Below the pieces are notes generated by a model, which was not told the DNA's origin, ran no database searches, and saw only the letters and a program-made list of their open reading frames with translations. This document shows positions 52,190 through 62,237 of a DNA stretch of 62,237 bases, piece by piece. How positions within the stretch are numbered: the first letter of the stretch is position 1; every line of letters begins with the position of its first letter. The stretch is from Chiloscyllium plagiosum (lineage: Eukaryota). Where the stretch lies: positions 54,966,973 through 55,029,209 of the forward strand of contig NC_057719.1 in NCBI RefSeq assembly GCF_004010195.1, written 5' to 3'. The translations under genes and the position numbers were made by a program.

Positions 52190-55100
52190 TAAATGTCTCA
52201 GAGGGTGTCACAAAATTACTGTTGGGTGAAGTTCACAGCACAGAATCAGATAATTGTTTTAAGCGGACTACAGAAAGTCTGCAGTAGTGAGTAGAGTGGG
52301 TTCTTTCTTGATTATTTGTTTTTGGAGATATGTTTCTTGATTTAACGTAAAATATAAGCCATAACTATTAATTTAACCTGGGGCAGTGTTTATAGAGAAA
52401 TAAGATGGTAACACTTTCTGGATCTGTAGATTGTGAAGGAGCAAAAATGGCCATTGCAGTGATATGTGCTTTTGTCAGACGTGGGAGTTTAAAGAGAGTT
52501 TAAGGGTTACTGCGGATTATATCTGCCATAAATACTGTTGGTTGCAAATCTTATCAGACTGAGTAGATCTGTTGGAGAGACAGTTAGAAACAATGAGGAA
52601 TTTGCAACAGCAACAGTATGTGATGGATGGCAGTTATAGGAAGGGGGGAAGTCTCAGACACAATCACATAGATGGGTTAACTTCAGGAAAGGTAAGATAG
52701 GTAGGCAGCTAGTGCAGGAGTATTTTGTGGCTATACCCATTTCAAACAGGCATGCTGTTTTGGAAAATGTAGGGGGTGATGGATTCTCAGGGGAGTGTAG
52801 CATGAACATCAAGTTTCTGGTATTGAGACTGGCTCTAATGCAATGAGGGGTATGCCGGGTTCCAAGAGATCAATTGTGTTAGGGGATTCTGTAGTCCGAG
52901 GTACAGACAGACGTTTCTGTGGCCAGCTTCCCTGGTGCCAGGATCAAGGATGCCTCAGAGAGAGTGCAGAATGTTCTCACGGGGGAGAGGGGCCAGCAAG
53001 AGGTCACTGTCCACATTAGAACCAATGACATAGGAAGGGAAAAGGTTGAGATTCTGAAGGGAAAATACAGAGAGTTAGGCAGGAATTTAAAAAGGAGGTC
53101 CTCAAGAGTAATAATATCTGGATTACTCCCAGTGCTATGAGCTAGTGAGGGCAGGAATAGGAGGATAGAGCAGATGAATGCATGGCTGAGGAGCTGGTGT
53201 ATGGGAGAAGGATTCACATTTTTGAATCATTGGAATCTCTTCTGGGGTAGAAGTGACCTGTACAAGAAGGACGGATTGCACCTAAATTGGAAGGGGACTA
53301 ATATACTGGCAGGGAAATTTGCTGGAGCTGCTGGAGAGGATTTAAACTAGTAAGAGACCCAGGGAGATAGTGAGGAAAGAGATCAATCTAAGACTGGTAC
53401 AGTTGAGAACAGAAGTGAGTCAAACAGTCAGGGCAGGCAGGGACAAGGTAGGACTAGGAGAAAGTGAGGACTGCAGATGCTGGAGATCAGAGCTGAAAAT
53501 GTGTTGCTGGAAAAGCGCAACAGGTCAGGCAGCATCCAATGAGCAGGAGAATCGACGTTTCGGGCATGAGCCCTTCTTCAGGTAGGACTAATAAATTAAA
53601 CTGCATTTATTTCAATGCAAGGGGCTTACCAGGGAAGGCAGATGAACTCAGGGTATGGTTAGGAACATGGGACTGGGATATCATAGCAATTACAGAAACA
53701 TGGCTCAAGGATGGACAGGACTGACAGCTTCATGTTCTAGGATACAAATGCTACAGGAAGGATAGAAAAGGAGACGAGAGAGGAGGGGGAGTGGCGATCT
53801 TGATAAGAGATAGCATTACAGCTGTGCTGCGAGAAGATATTCCTGGAAATACATCCAGGGAAGTTATTTGGGTAGAACTGAGAAATAAGAAAGGGATGAT
53901 CACCTTATTGGGATTGTATTATAGACCCCCTAATAGTCAGAGGGAAATTGAGAAACAAATTTGTCAGAAGATCTCAGTTATCTTTAAGAATAATTGGGTG
54001 GTTATGGTCAGGGATTTTAACTTTCTAAACATAGACTGGGACTACCATAGAATTAAGGGTTTCGATGGAGAAGAATTTGTTAAGTGTGTACAAGACAATT
54101 TTCTGATTTAGTATGTGGATGTATCTACAGGAAGAAGATGCAAAACTTGACCTACACTTGGGAAATAAGGCAGGGCAGGTGACTGAGGTGTCACTGGGGG
54201 AGCACATTGGGGCCAGCGACCATAATTCTATTAGATTTAAAATAGTGATGGAAAAGGATAGACCAGATCTAAAAGTTGAAGTTCTAAATTGGAGAAAGGA
54301 CAATTTTGACGGTACTAAGCAAGAACTTTCGAAAACTGATTGGAGGCAGATGTTCGCAGGTAAAGGGACGGCTGGAAAATGGGAAGCCTTCAGAAATGAG
54401 ATAACAAGAATCCAGAGAAAGTATATTCCTGTCAGGGTGAAAGGGAAGGCTGGTAGCTATAGGGAATGCTGGATGACGAAAGAAATTGAGGGTTTGGTTA
54501 AGAAAACGAAGGAAGCATATGTCAGGTATAGACAGGATAGATTGAATGAATCCTTAGAAGAGTATAAAGGCAGTAGGAGTGTACGTAAGAGGGAAATCAG
54601 GAGGGCAAAAAGGGGACATGAGATAGCTTTGGCAAATAGAATTAAGGAGAATCCAAAAAGTTTTTACAAATACATTAAGGACAAAAGGGTAACAAGGGAG
54701 AAATAGGGCTCCTCAAAGATTAGCAAGGCGGCCTTTGTGTGGAACCACAGAAAATGGGGGCGATACTAAATGAGTACTTTGCATCAGTATTTGCTGTGGA
54801 AAAGGATATGGAAGATATAGACTGTCGGGAAATAGATGGTGACACCTTGCAAAATGTCCATTTTACAGAGGAGGAAGTGCTGGATGTCTTGTAACACATA
54901 AAGGTAGATAACTCCCCAGGACCTGATCAGGTGTTCCCGAGAACTCTGTGGGAAACTAGAGAAGTGATTGCTGGACCTCTTGCTGAGATATTTGTATCAT
55001 CGATAGTCACAGATGAGGTGCCGGAAGACTGGAGGTTGGCAAACATGGTGCCATTGTTTAAGAAGGGTGGTAAAGACAAGCCAGGGAACTATAGGATAAT

Positions 55101-55740
55101 GGAGAAGGTGCTTGGTATGCTTTCCTTTATTGGTCAGAGTATTGAGTACAGGAGTTGAGAGGTCATGTTGTGACTGTACAGAACATTGGTTAGGCCACTG
55201 TTGGAATATTGCAAGCAATTCTGGTCTCCTTCCTATTAGAAAGATGTTGTGAAACTTGAAAGGGTTCAGAAAAGATTTACAAAGATGTTGCAGGATTGGA
55301 GGATTTGAGTTATTGGGATTGGCTGAGCAGGCTGGGGTTATTTTCTCTGGAGCGTCAGAGGCTGAGGGGTGACCTTATAGAGATTTACAAAATTATATGG
55401 GGCATGGATAGGGTAAGTAGACAAAGTCTTTTCCCTGGGTTCGGGGAGTCCAGAATTAGAGGTCATAGGTTTAGGTTGAGAGGGGAAAGATATAAAAGAG
55501 ACCGAAGGGGCAACTTTTTCACACAGAGGGTGGTACGTGCATGGAATGAGCTGCCAGTGGTGGAGGCTGGTGCAATTGCAACATTTAAGAGGCATTTGGA
55601 TGGGTATATGAATAGGAAGGGTTTGGAGGGATATGGGCCCGATGCTGGCAGGTGGGACTAGATTTAATTGGGATATCTGGTCAGCGTGGACGAGTTGGAC
55701 CGAATGGTCTATTTCCATGCTGTACATCTCTATGACTCTA
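52190..55740 (+). mobile_element. CR1 LINE with 5' UTR, ORF1 (Cys-rich plus SGNH esterase), endonuclease and 3' tail; RT core deleted
   Basis: ORF1 'LGDSVVRG..FPGARIKD..HIRTND..DGLHLN'. ORF2 'YFNARGL..IIAITETWL..SDHNS'. Junction 'KPGNYR|IMEKVLGML'. Candidate TSD aaatgag at 52183-52189 and 55741-55747. Confidence 0.93.
53457..53582 (-). mobile_element. Penelope-like family 2 mini-copy (hammerhead core and tail) inside CR1
   Basis: Nearly identical to 40218-40343. TSD aggtaggacta at 53446-53456 and 53580-53590. Confidence 0.9.
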
Positions 55741-56091
55741 AAATGAGATGGAGAGGCAATTGATCTAGCTAACAACGTTAAACATGAAGGAAAGAACAAA
55801 AGGATATACTTTGGAAGTTTCAGCTCATCAAATATCTACTTATTTTCACCAACCTCTCAATATTCAGAGTAAAATGTGTATTTATCACAATAAGGCTCCC
55901 ACAAAATCCTTAGTCTCAGAAAGACACATCCCCTGTTTCCTATTGTTCACAGAACCACAGACTTGGCATGGTGAGGAAGCAAGCCATTCAGCCCATTATG
56001 TCTGCATTGGCTGTCTGAACATTCTGACCCGATGCTAATCTCCTGACTTGTCTCCGTAACCCTGCACATTATTTCTTTTTAAACAATTAAA

Positions 56092-56530
56092 CAAAGCCAC
56101 CTGCAAACTGGAGGAGGAACACCTCATCTTTCACCTTAGGAGCCTATAACCATGGCCTCAACATTGAATTCACTAGTTTCCAAAACTGCCCTCCCACACC
56201 ACCCTACCCCAGATCCAACCCTCTGACCTGGCTCTGCCCTCTTGACCTGACCTACCTGTTCATCTTCCTTCTCACCCATCCACTCCACACTTCCCATTAA
56301 CCTATCACAATCACCTCCTACCTTCACCCACCTATCGCCATCCCAACTCCCTTTCCCCAAGCCCCTACCATTCCATTTATTTCTCAGCCTCCTTCCCCTC
56401 CCCTGTCCTGATGAAGGGTAATGCCTGAAACATTGATTCTGCTACTCCTCAGATGCTGCATGACCTGCTGTGCTGTTTTCAGTACCACACTTTATCGACT
56501 CTGATTTCTCCAGCATCTACACTCCTCACT
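56092..56530 (+). mobile_element. Penelope-like family 2 3' fragment
   Basis: 'KATCKLEEEHLIFHL..GLNIEFTSF', C-rich spacer, hammerhead-like CTGATGAAGGGTAATGCCTGAAACATT at 56408-56434, tail. Confidence 0.85.
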
Positions 56531-56719
56531 ATCACGTAGTTGCAACAATCATCCGATGCCCTCTCGAATGCTTCATTTGAACTTGGCTCCACCATACTTA
56601 GTGCATGCGAAATCCGACTACTTACTGCATAAAAAGTTATTCTTTTTCTCACCTCGCATTTGGTCCTTTTGTGAAACATTTTAAAACTAGGTCAGAGCTT
56701 CCAACTTCAGTTGGTTTCT

Positions 56720-59700
56720 TATCCCAGTTGAGTCATTTATATGCAAAAGCCATTGCTTGAACATTGTTATAAAAAAATATTACCCAAGTGCTTCCCTGTG
56801 ACCCAGTTTTATCTGTGTTATTAATCTCCGAATACTATTATCTTTTGCTGACCTGATGCCCTCTAGGATAGGATTGTATTCCTATTCACATTACAAGAGA
56901 TTCTCATGGTTGTACTCTCAACTGCAGTACTTTCTTCTTCATAGCTTTTTGTGACTGTGCTTAGTTGCATCTATTTTATTGAATATTATGTCCACATCAA
57001 ATAAGGTAGATGTTAACTTTTTCATTTCTGCCACACCACTTAATTTTTTGAAAAAAACATTCATGTCTTTGCTGGAACTGTTATATTGCTGTTTACCCTT
57101 TGGTCTGTGTTTCCTCTGCTTCCAATGTTTATTCTTCCTTTGTAAAAATATCACAGTCTCTGCCTCAGATGTTTCTTGTGGTAAAGCATTCCAGTCTCTC
57201 ACAACTGTATGAGAAGAACCTTTTCCCGAACACCCCCTACATGTCTTGATTTAAAATTGATGACCCCCTGTTACTGACTTCCCTGAGGAAACAGTATTTC
57301 GTATTCAATCTAAGCCACTCAATAATAGGGAAAAAAAAGTGTAATTTTCCTCTTAGCTTTCAAACTTCAATGGAAATTTTCACAGTAACTCATTCTCTGT
57401 TCATAACTAGTTTCTTGTGACTAGCCTGATAATATTCATTATACATATATTCTCTATGGTTTTCGATAAAGGAGTGATCAAAATTGCCAGAGTTGATAAT
57501 GATGGCGCAGATATTTCAAGGAGAGACAATCACAGATTGCCACTTCACTCGTTTGCTTAGGACTGAGCTCCACATTTCTGGCTAGCCATTTCAATCCCAG
57601 GTCCTTCAGAAATATGGAGCATGTCTGAAATCTAACTGTTCCCTCATAATACACAATAGTTGGAATGAATCAAACCACATCCCCTTTCTCATAACAGGGG
57701 ATACTATATTCTGTAAGTTCAATGTCCAGAAGCATAGCCAGCAACTTAACGGCTCCTCTGAAAGAGTAAGTGTGTAGGTAAGTGTGAGGTTATGGTAGCA
57801 ATTGGTTAAGTATTTAGGGCACTAGGTGGGTAGAGTGCCAGGCAGATAAAGTGCTAGGGTATCATGTATATAAGCAGTTAGGAGGTCAGGTAGGTGAGAT
57901 GCCAGCACATAGTACTGATAATATATCAGGGTCAGTGTGGGTAGTGCTGGGTCTGGCAGTGTGGGTGGTTGTCAGACATAGCCAGGTATGGGTTGTCAGG
58001 GTGGGCAGGGAAAGGGGTTGTTGGGTCCAAAAACTCAGATGATATCATCGAAGTGATGCCAAATCAGTGTATTGCTGGGGGGTTGTGGGATTGGTAATGG
58101 TAGGTGTGGGGTCAAGCTGTTGAAGTGGATGGGGTATAGTGTCTGCTGGGAGGCAGGAATTTCAGATCTGTGCAGGTGTGTCAGATTCAGCAGAGGAGTA
58201 TTATTGTTTGAAATGGTGTCAGTCCAGTGGGTAGGGGGGTATCAGACCTGAGAATTGAGGGGAGAATGGGGATGGAGGCTGGCATAGCTGATAATGGGAA
58301 AGAGTGACAAATCAGATCTGACATGGGATTTGAATGGTCTGAGGAGGCAATGGCCGAGTTATATTATCACTGGACTATTGGTCCAGAGACCCTGGTAACA
58401 TTCTGGGGACCCAGTTTGAATCCTGCCATGACAGATGGTAGAATTTGAATTCAATTAAAGTCTGGAATTAGGAATCTAGTAGCAACCACAATACCATTGT
58501 CGGTAGTCGAAAAACTCATCTGATTCACTAATGTCTTTTAGGGACGGAAGCTACCATCCTCGCCTGATCTGGACTACTCTGACTCCAAACCAACAGCAAT
58601 GTGGTTGACATTTAACCATCCTGTGGGCAATTAGGAATGGGCAATAAAAGCTAGCCTGGCAGTGACACCCACATCCCACGAATGAATTTTTAAAAATGTA
58701 GGCAGGATGTTGCACCTCGCAGGAATTGCCAGGTCAGGCAGAGGGGTGGGTGTCATGTCCAGTGTGGGTGGTGGATGGGATGTAACCACATTAGCATTAG
58801 CGAGATAGTCAGGAGTACTTAGTTGTCAGAGGTCGAAGGTAGTGTAAGGTGTCAACGTAGCTATAATTTGACACAGGGGCAGTGAAGGTGAGTTGGGGGT
58901 ATCACTTTCAAAATGATCTAGGAGTTAGACTGGGTTCTTAATCCCCCAACTCTTCCCGAATAGCTATTAACTTATCAGAATTGGAACCCTCCCAGTTCTA
59001 TGCCCTGAATGGATTCTATCAGAGGGTTCCAGATGCTGGGGATATACCCATCGGAATCTTCATTTCCCAGGCAATTCCCTCAGATCTTACTGAGTCTGGA
59101 ATTCCACATGGTCCCAAAGCTGACCTCTAATGATTGCTCCAGTGACTAAAAGGCCTTTGAAATATCTGAGCATATCGATATGATCTTACCATGCTCTTCC
59201 TTCAGCTAAATTCTAACTCAATGATATTCTGAGTTTTTACTGGAAATGAAATGGAAAAAGAACAAGTAACTTTGCTTAGCAGAAAAGTCCATTGACTACA
59301 AGACATCAGGTCACATTGCAATAACCTCAATCTTAATAAAGATTACAATAAATTTGTCTCAAAGTATACTGAACATGAAATGGACTGCTATAATCAGGAA
59401 GGATAACAAAGCATGTGGAACTACATATTTCTGATCTTACCAACCATAAACAACTATGAGCACTGAGAAGCTGATGAGAAAATTGTGATTGACTTTCCTT
59501 GTCATCACAATTACCTAAAGAGGTGCATGAGATTTAGAAATATACATTAAAAAACTATTATTAACATTCCCAATTTGTGATAATGTTTCTGTCTGGTTAT
59601 CACATATTATAGAACAGTCAGCAGTTACTGTAGCTTTAGCTAATTACCTCAAGCTTGAATTTTCTGCATTTTAAACACAATGCATACTGACTAAAATGGC

Positions 59701-59880
59701 CATTAAATTATTATTACCAGGCTGACTATTTCCACATGAAACACATTGTAATCATGAACAATACAACTGCAACTCATGCAAGTTGAAATACTTAAGATTA
59801 CTTGTGAACACTGAATATTGGCAACAGCCTCAGCCACACATAAGAGAAAAGAGTTAGAGGGATGAAGTATTATCCTCTTT
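56720..59880 (+). pseudogene. Possible decayed TRIM gene, copy J
   Basis: PRY 'TKHVELHISDLTN' (~59406-59445), 'DFPC', 'RGA*DLEIYI'. RING-like traces 'EHCYKK.ITQ' (~56760). Confidence 0.4.
58343..58695 (+). mobile_element. Second tRNA-derived SINE family
   Basis: A-box-like tggccgagtta, B-box-like gtttgaatcc, LINE-like tail ...cccacatcccacgaatgaatttttaaaaa. A similar tail lies on the minus strand at ~21030-21090. Confidence 0.75.
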
Positions 59881-60386
59881 GTAGAACTTACTAGCCAAGT
59901 ACCACTATTTAGCATTGACCATTAAAAAGTGAATGAATCTACCAGAACAAGGAAAGAGTGTGTTGAAGATATGTGTGGAATTAAAACAGGAAAATTCACA
60001 GAATTCCACAGCAAAAAAAATGCCATGCATTTTTTAGCAGCAAGTATTGAAGGTGTTGGAGACTGCTGTGGAGCGAAAGAATGCTTATTGGTATATTACA
60101 AATTAGGAGGCCAATTTGAAGTTGTTGCTGCTTAGGTTTTCCAGAGATCGATGAAACTCAGCACTGAAGCCAACACTGGGCTGTGGAAACCCTACTACAA
60201 GGGTTTCTTATTTCGACAGTCTTAGTATGCAAAGATTAACAGGGATATTTTCCAGCCACAGCTGTGAAAGTCCCCTAAATACTCCCATTTATAGACCCAA
60301 CCACACTCCAGACAGCTACCTGCAATTCCTCTTTCTTTGACCTCCTTTACCTCTGCCAATAATGACATTCTCCTAAACAAAATAGT

Positions 60387-60697
60387 GGGCGGCACGGTGG
60401 CACAGTGGTTAGCACTGCTGCCTCACAGCGCCAGAGACCCGGGTTCAATTCCCGCCTCAGGCGACTGACTGTGTGGAGTTTGCACGTTCTCCCTGTGTCT
60501 GCGTGGGTTTCCTCCGGGTGCTCCGGTTTCCTCCCACAGTCCAAAGATGTGCAGGTAAGGTGAATTGGCCGTACTAAATTGCCCGTAGTGTTAAGTAAGG
60601 GTTAAATGTAGGGGTATGGGTGGGTTGCGCTTCAGCGGGTCGGTGTGGACTTGTTGAGCCGAAGGGCCAGTTTCCACACTGTAATCTAATCTAATCT
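60387..60697 (+). mobile_element. V-SINE (HE1-like), young
   Basis: Full head, core and (taatc)n tail, with CpGs retained. Confidence 0.95.
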
Positions 60698-60840
60698 AAA
60701 AACCGAAAGAATTGTGGGATGCTGAAAATCAGAGTCAAAAACAGAAAGTGCTGGAAAGACTCAGCAGGTCTGACAGCTGCTATGGAGAGAAATCAAAGTC
60801 AATATTTCAAGTTCAATGAATGTCATCCTCCTTCCTGATT
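60698..60840 (-). mobile_element. Degenerate Penelope-like pLTR/tail fragment
   Basis: gatgctgaaaatcag...gctggaaagactcagcaggtctgacagc resembles the family 2 tail. Confidence 0.55.
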
Positions 60841-61832
60841 CTGTAGCACTGTCCCCAAGTATTTCCGTCACTGCCACTAAGGCTCCCTCCTGTCTCAACA
60901 CCAGGTTGGTAATTTGGTCAACTGCTGAATGAGAAGTGAAGCTGAGGCCAAGATTTCAGTGTTTGCCATGTGTTCTAGTTAGGCCTTAATCACACCTCCA
61001 AATCTCTTGGTAGTTATTAGAACTATAACCTCTATTGCTGTCACCTCAGCAGAGATGTGTTTATTAATATTAATGCACATACCTGTAATCACCCTCTTTG
61101 ACTATTCAAACATTCATAAGTTCTTTAAGAACATTGCCAAATTGAAAGTTATGAGATCTGTTTTCATTCATAACCTCATGGTCTGGTATACCCCTTACCC
61201 TACTACAACCATCAAGCCAGGAGTCTATTCTTGATTCAATTAATTGAGTAGAAGATCATGTTCGGATCAGTCTCAGGCACAACTAACCTGATAAAACTAC
61301 ACTAATTTACATGTTGAACAGCGATCAATAAGCAGAGCTAAGAAATCAGACCAACTGATCAGATCACATCTCTGCAGCAGGGTTCAATTTATTTTTGGAG
61401 CTTTTCCTGAGATTTCTCTATGGCAACTTACTTCTTTTCGGGGCATCTTTTTCATTTTTACAAAAACTTCATTAGATGAGATGTCATTATAACAGCACCT
61501 ACTGTTTGTGTTATTACATATGGTGTAATTAGACTCTCACAGAAGCAAAGATAGAAAAACTCAAAAATATCCTCAATAATCATCATTCCACCATTAAAAT
61601 TAAAGTAACAATGCATAAGAAAAGCTTTAATATGCTAAACACGAATATGTTTAAGTTGACACAAGGCAACAGGTAAAAGTTAGCAATGGAAATTTCTTTT
61701 TCAAAATAACTGATGAACACTTCATAAAAAGGATATTAATTTACAATCTACTAATTACCCCAGAGATTCAAGTTTCCCTAACTCACAATTGGCTGATTAT
61801 TCCTTTCTTGACAGATTCCCATTGTCAGAGGG

Positions 61833-62237
61833 GTAAAAACAATGACTGCAGATGCTGGAAACCAGATTCTGGATTAGTTGTGCTGGAAGAGCGCAGCAGT
61901 TCAGGCAGCATCCAAGGAGCTTCGAAATCGACGTTTCAGGCAAAAGCCCTTCATCAGGAATAAAGGCAGTGAGCCTGGAGCGTGGAGAGATAAGCTAGAG
62001 GAGGGTGAGGTGGGGAGAAAGTAGCATAGAGTACAATGGGTGAGTGGGGGAGGGGATGAAGGTGATAGGTCAGGGAGGAGAGGGTGGAGTGGATAGGTGG
62101 AAAAGGAGATAGGCAGGTAGGACAAGTCCGGACAAGTCATGGGGACAGTGCTGAGCTGGAAGTTTGGAACTAGGGTGAGGTGGGGGAAGGGGAAATGAGG
62201 AAACTGTTGAAGTCCACATTGATACCCTGGGGTTGAA
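61833..62237 (-). mobile_element. Penelope-like family 2 element (runs off the window)
   Basis: Minus strand: 'QPQGINVDFNSFL', C-rich spacer, hammerhead CTGATGA-A-GGGC(tttt)GCCT-GAAA-CGTC at 61930-61957, tail. Confidence 0.9.

Larger units (their letters stand above)
59900..61700 (+). pseudogene. Possible decayed TRIM gene, copy K
   Basis: ORF 59929..60135 'KECVEDMC...LAASIEG..CCGAKECLLVYYKLGGQ' followed by 'AVE..YK'; spacing fits RING end then B-box. Confidence 0.3.

Noticed and set aside
57780..58900. G/T-rich tract as a regulatory G-quadruplex array
   Set aside because: Irregular low-complexity sequence, probably the interior of an old non-autonomous element; no specific evidence of function.
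60387..60460. tRNA gene
   Set aside because: It is the tRNA-derived head of a SINE and continues directly into the SINE core.
1..62237. CRISPR arrays, operons or other prokaryotic systems
   Set aside because: No regularly spaced direct repeats or dense intact ORFs; the content is vertebrate repeat-rich DNA.

Overview
This is eukaryotic, AT-rich, repeat-dense genomic DNA, most likely from a cartilaginous fish (shark). The basis is HE1/V-SINE-type SINEs with (TAATC)n tails, many CR1 LINEs, Rex1/Babar LINEs, two families of Penelope-like elements carrying minimal hammerhead ribozyme motifs, Harbinger fossils, pogo/Tigger-type MITEs and Gypsy-like solo LTRs. I recognised no intact host protein-coding gene; most ORFs in the track are retroelement fragments or noise. 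The main observation concerns the apparently unique DNA between the transposons. Manual translation through stops and frameshifts repeatedly gives RING, B-box, coiled-coil, linker and PRY/SPRY motifs in the correct order. This suggests a tandem array of up to about 11 compact, heavily decayed TRIM pseudogenes in both orientations; about 4 are reasonably convincing and the rest tentative. All motif readings were done by eye, and boundaries of old elements are approximate. There are three N gaps (28736-28788, 40450-41008, 42027-42036).
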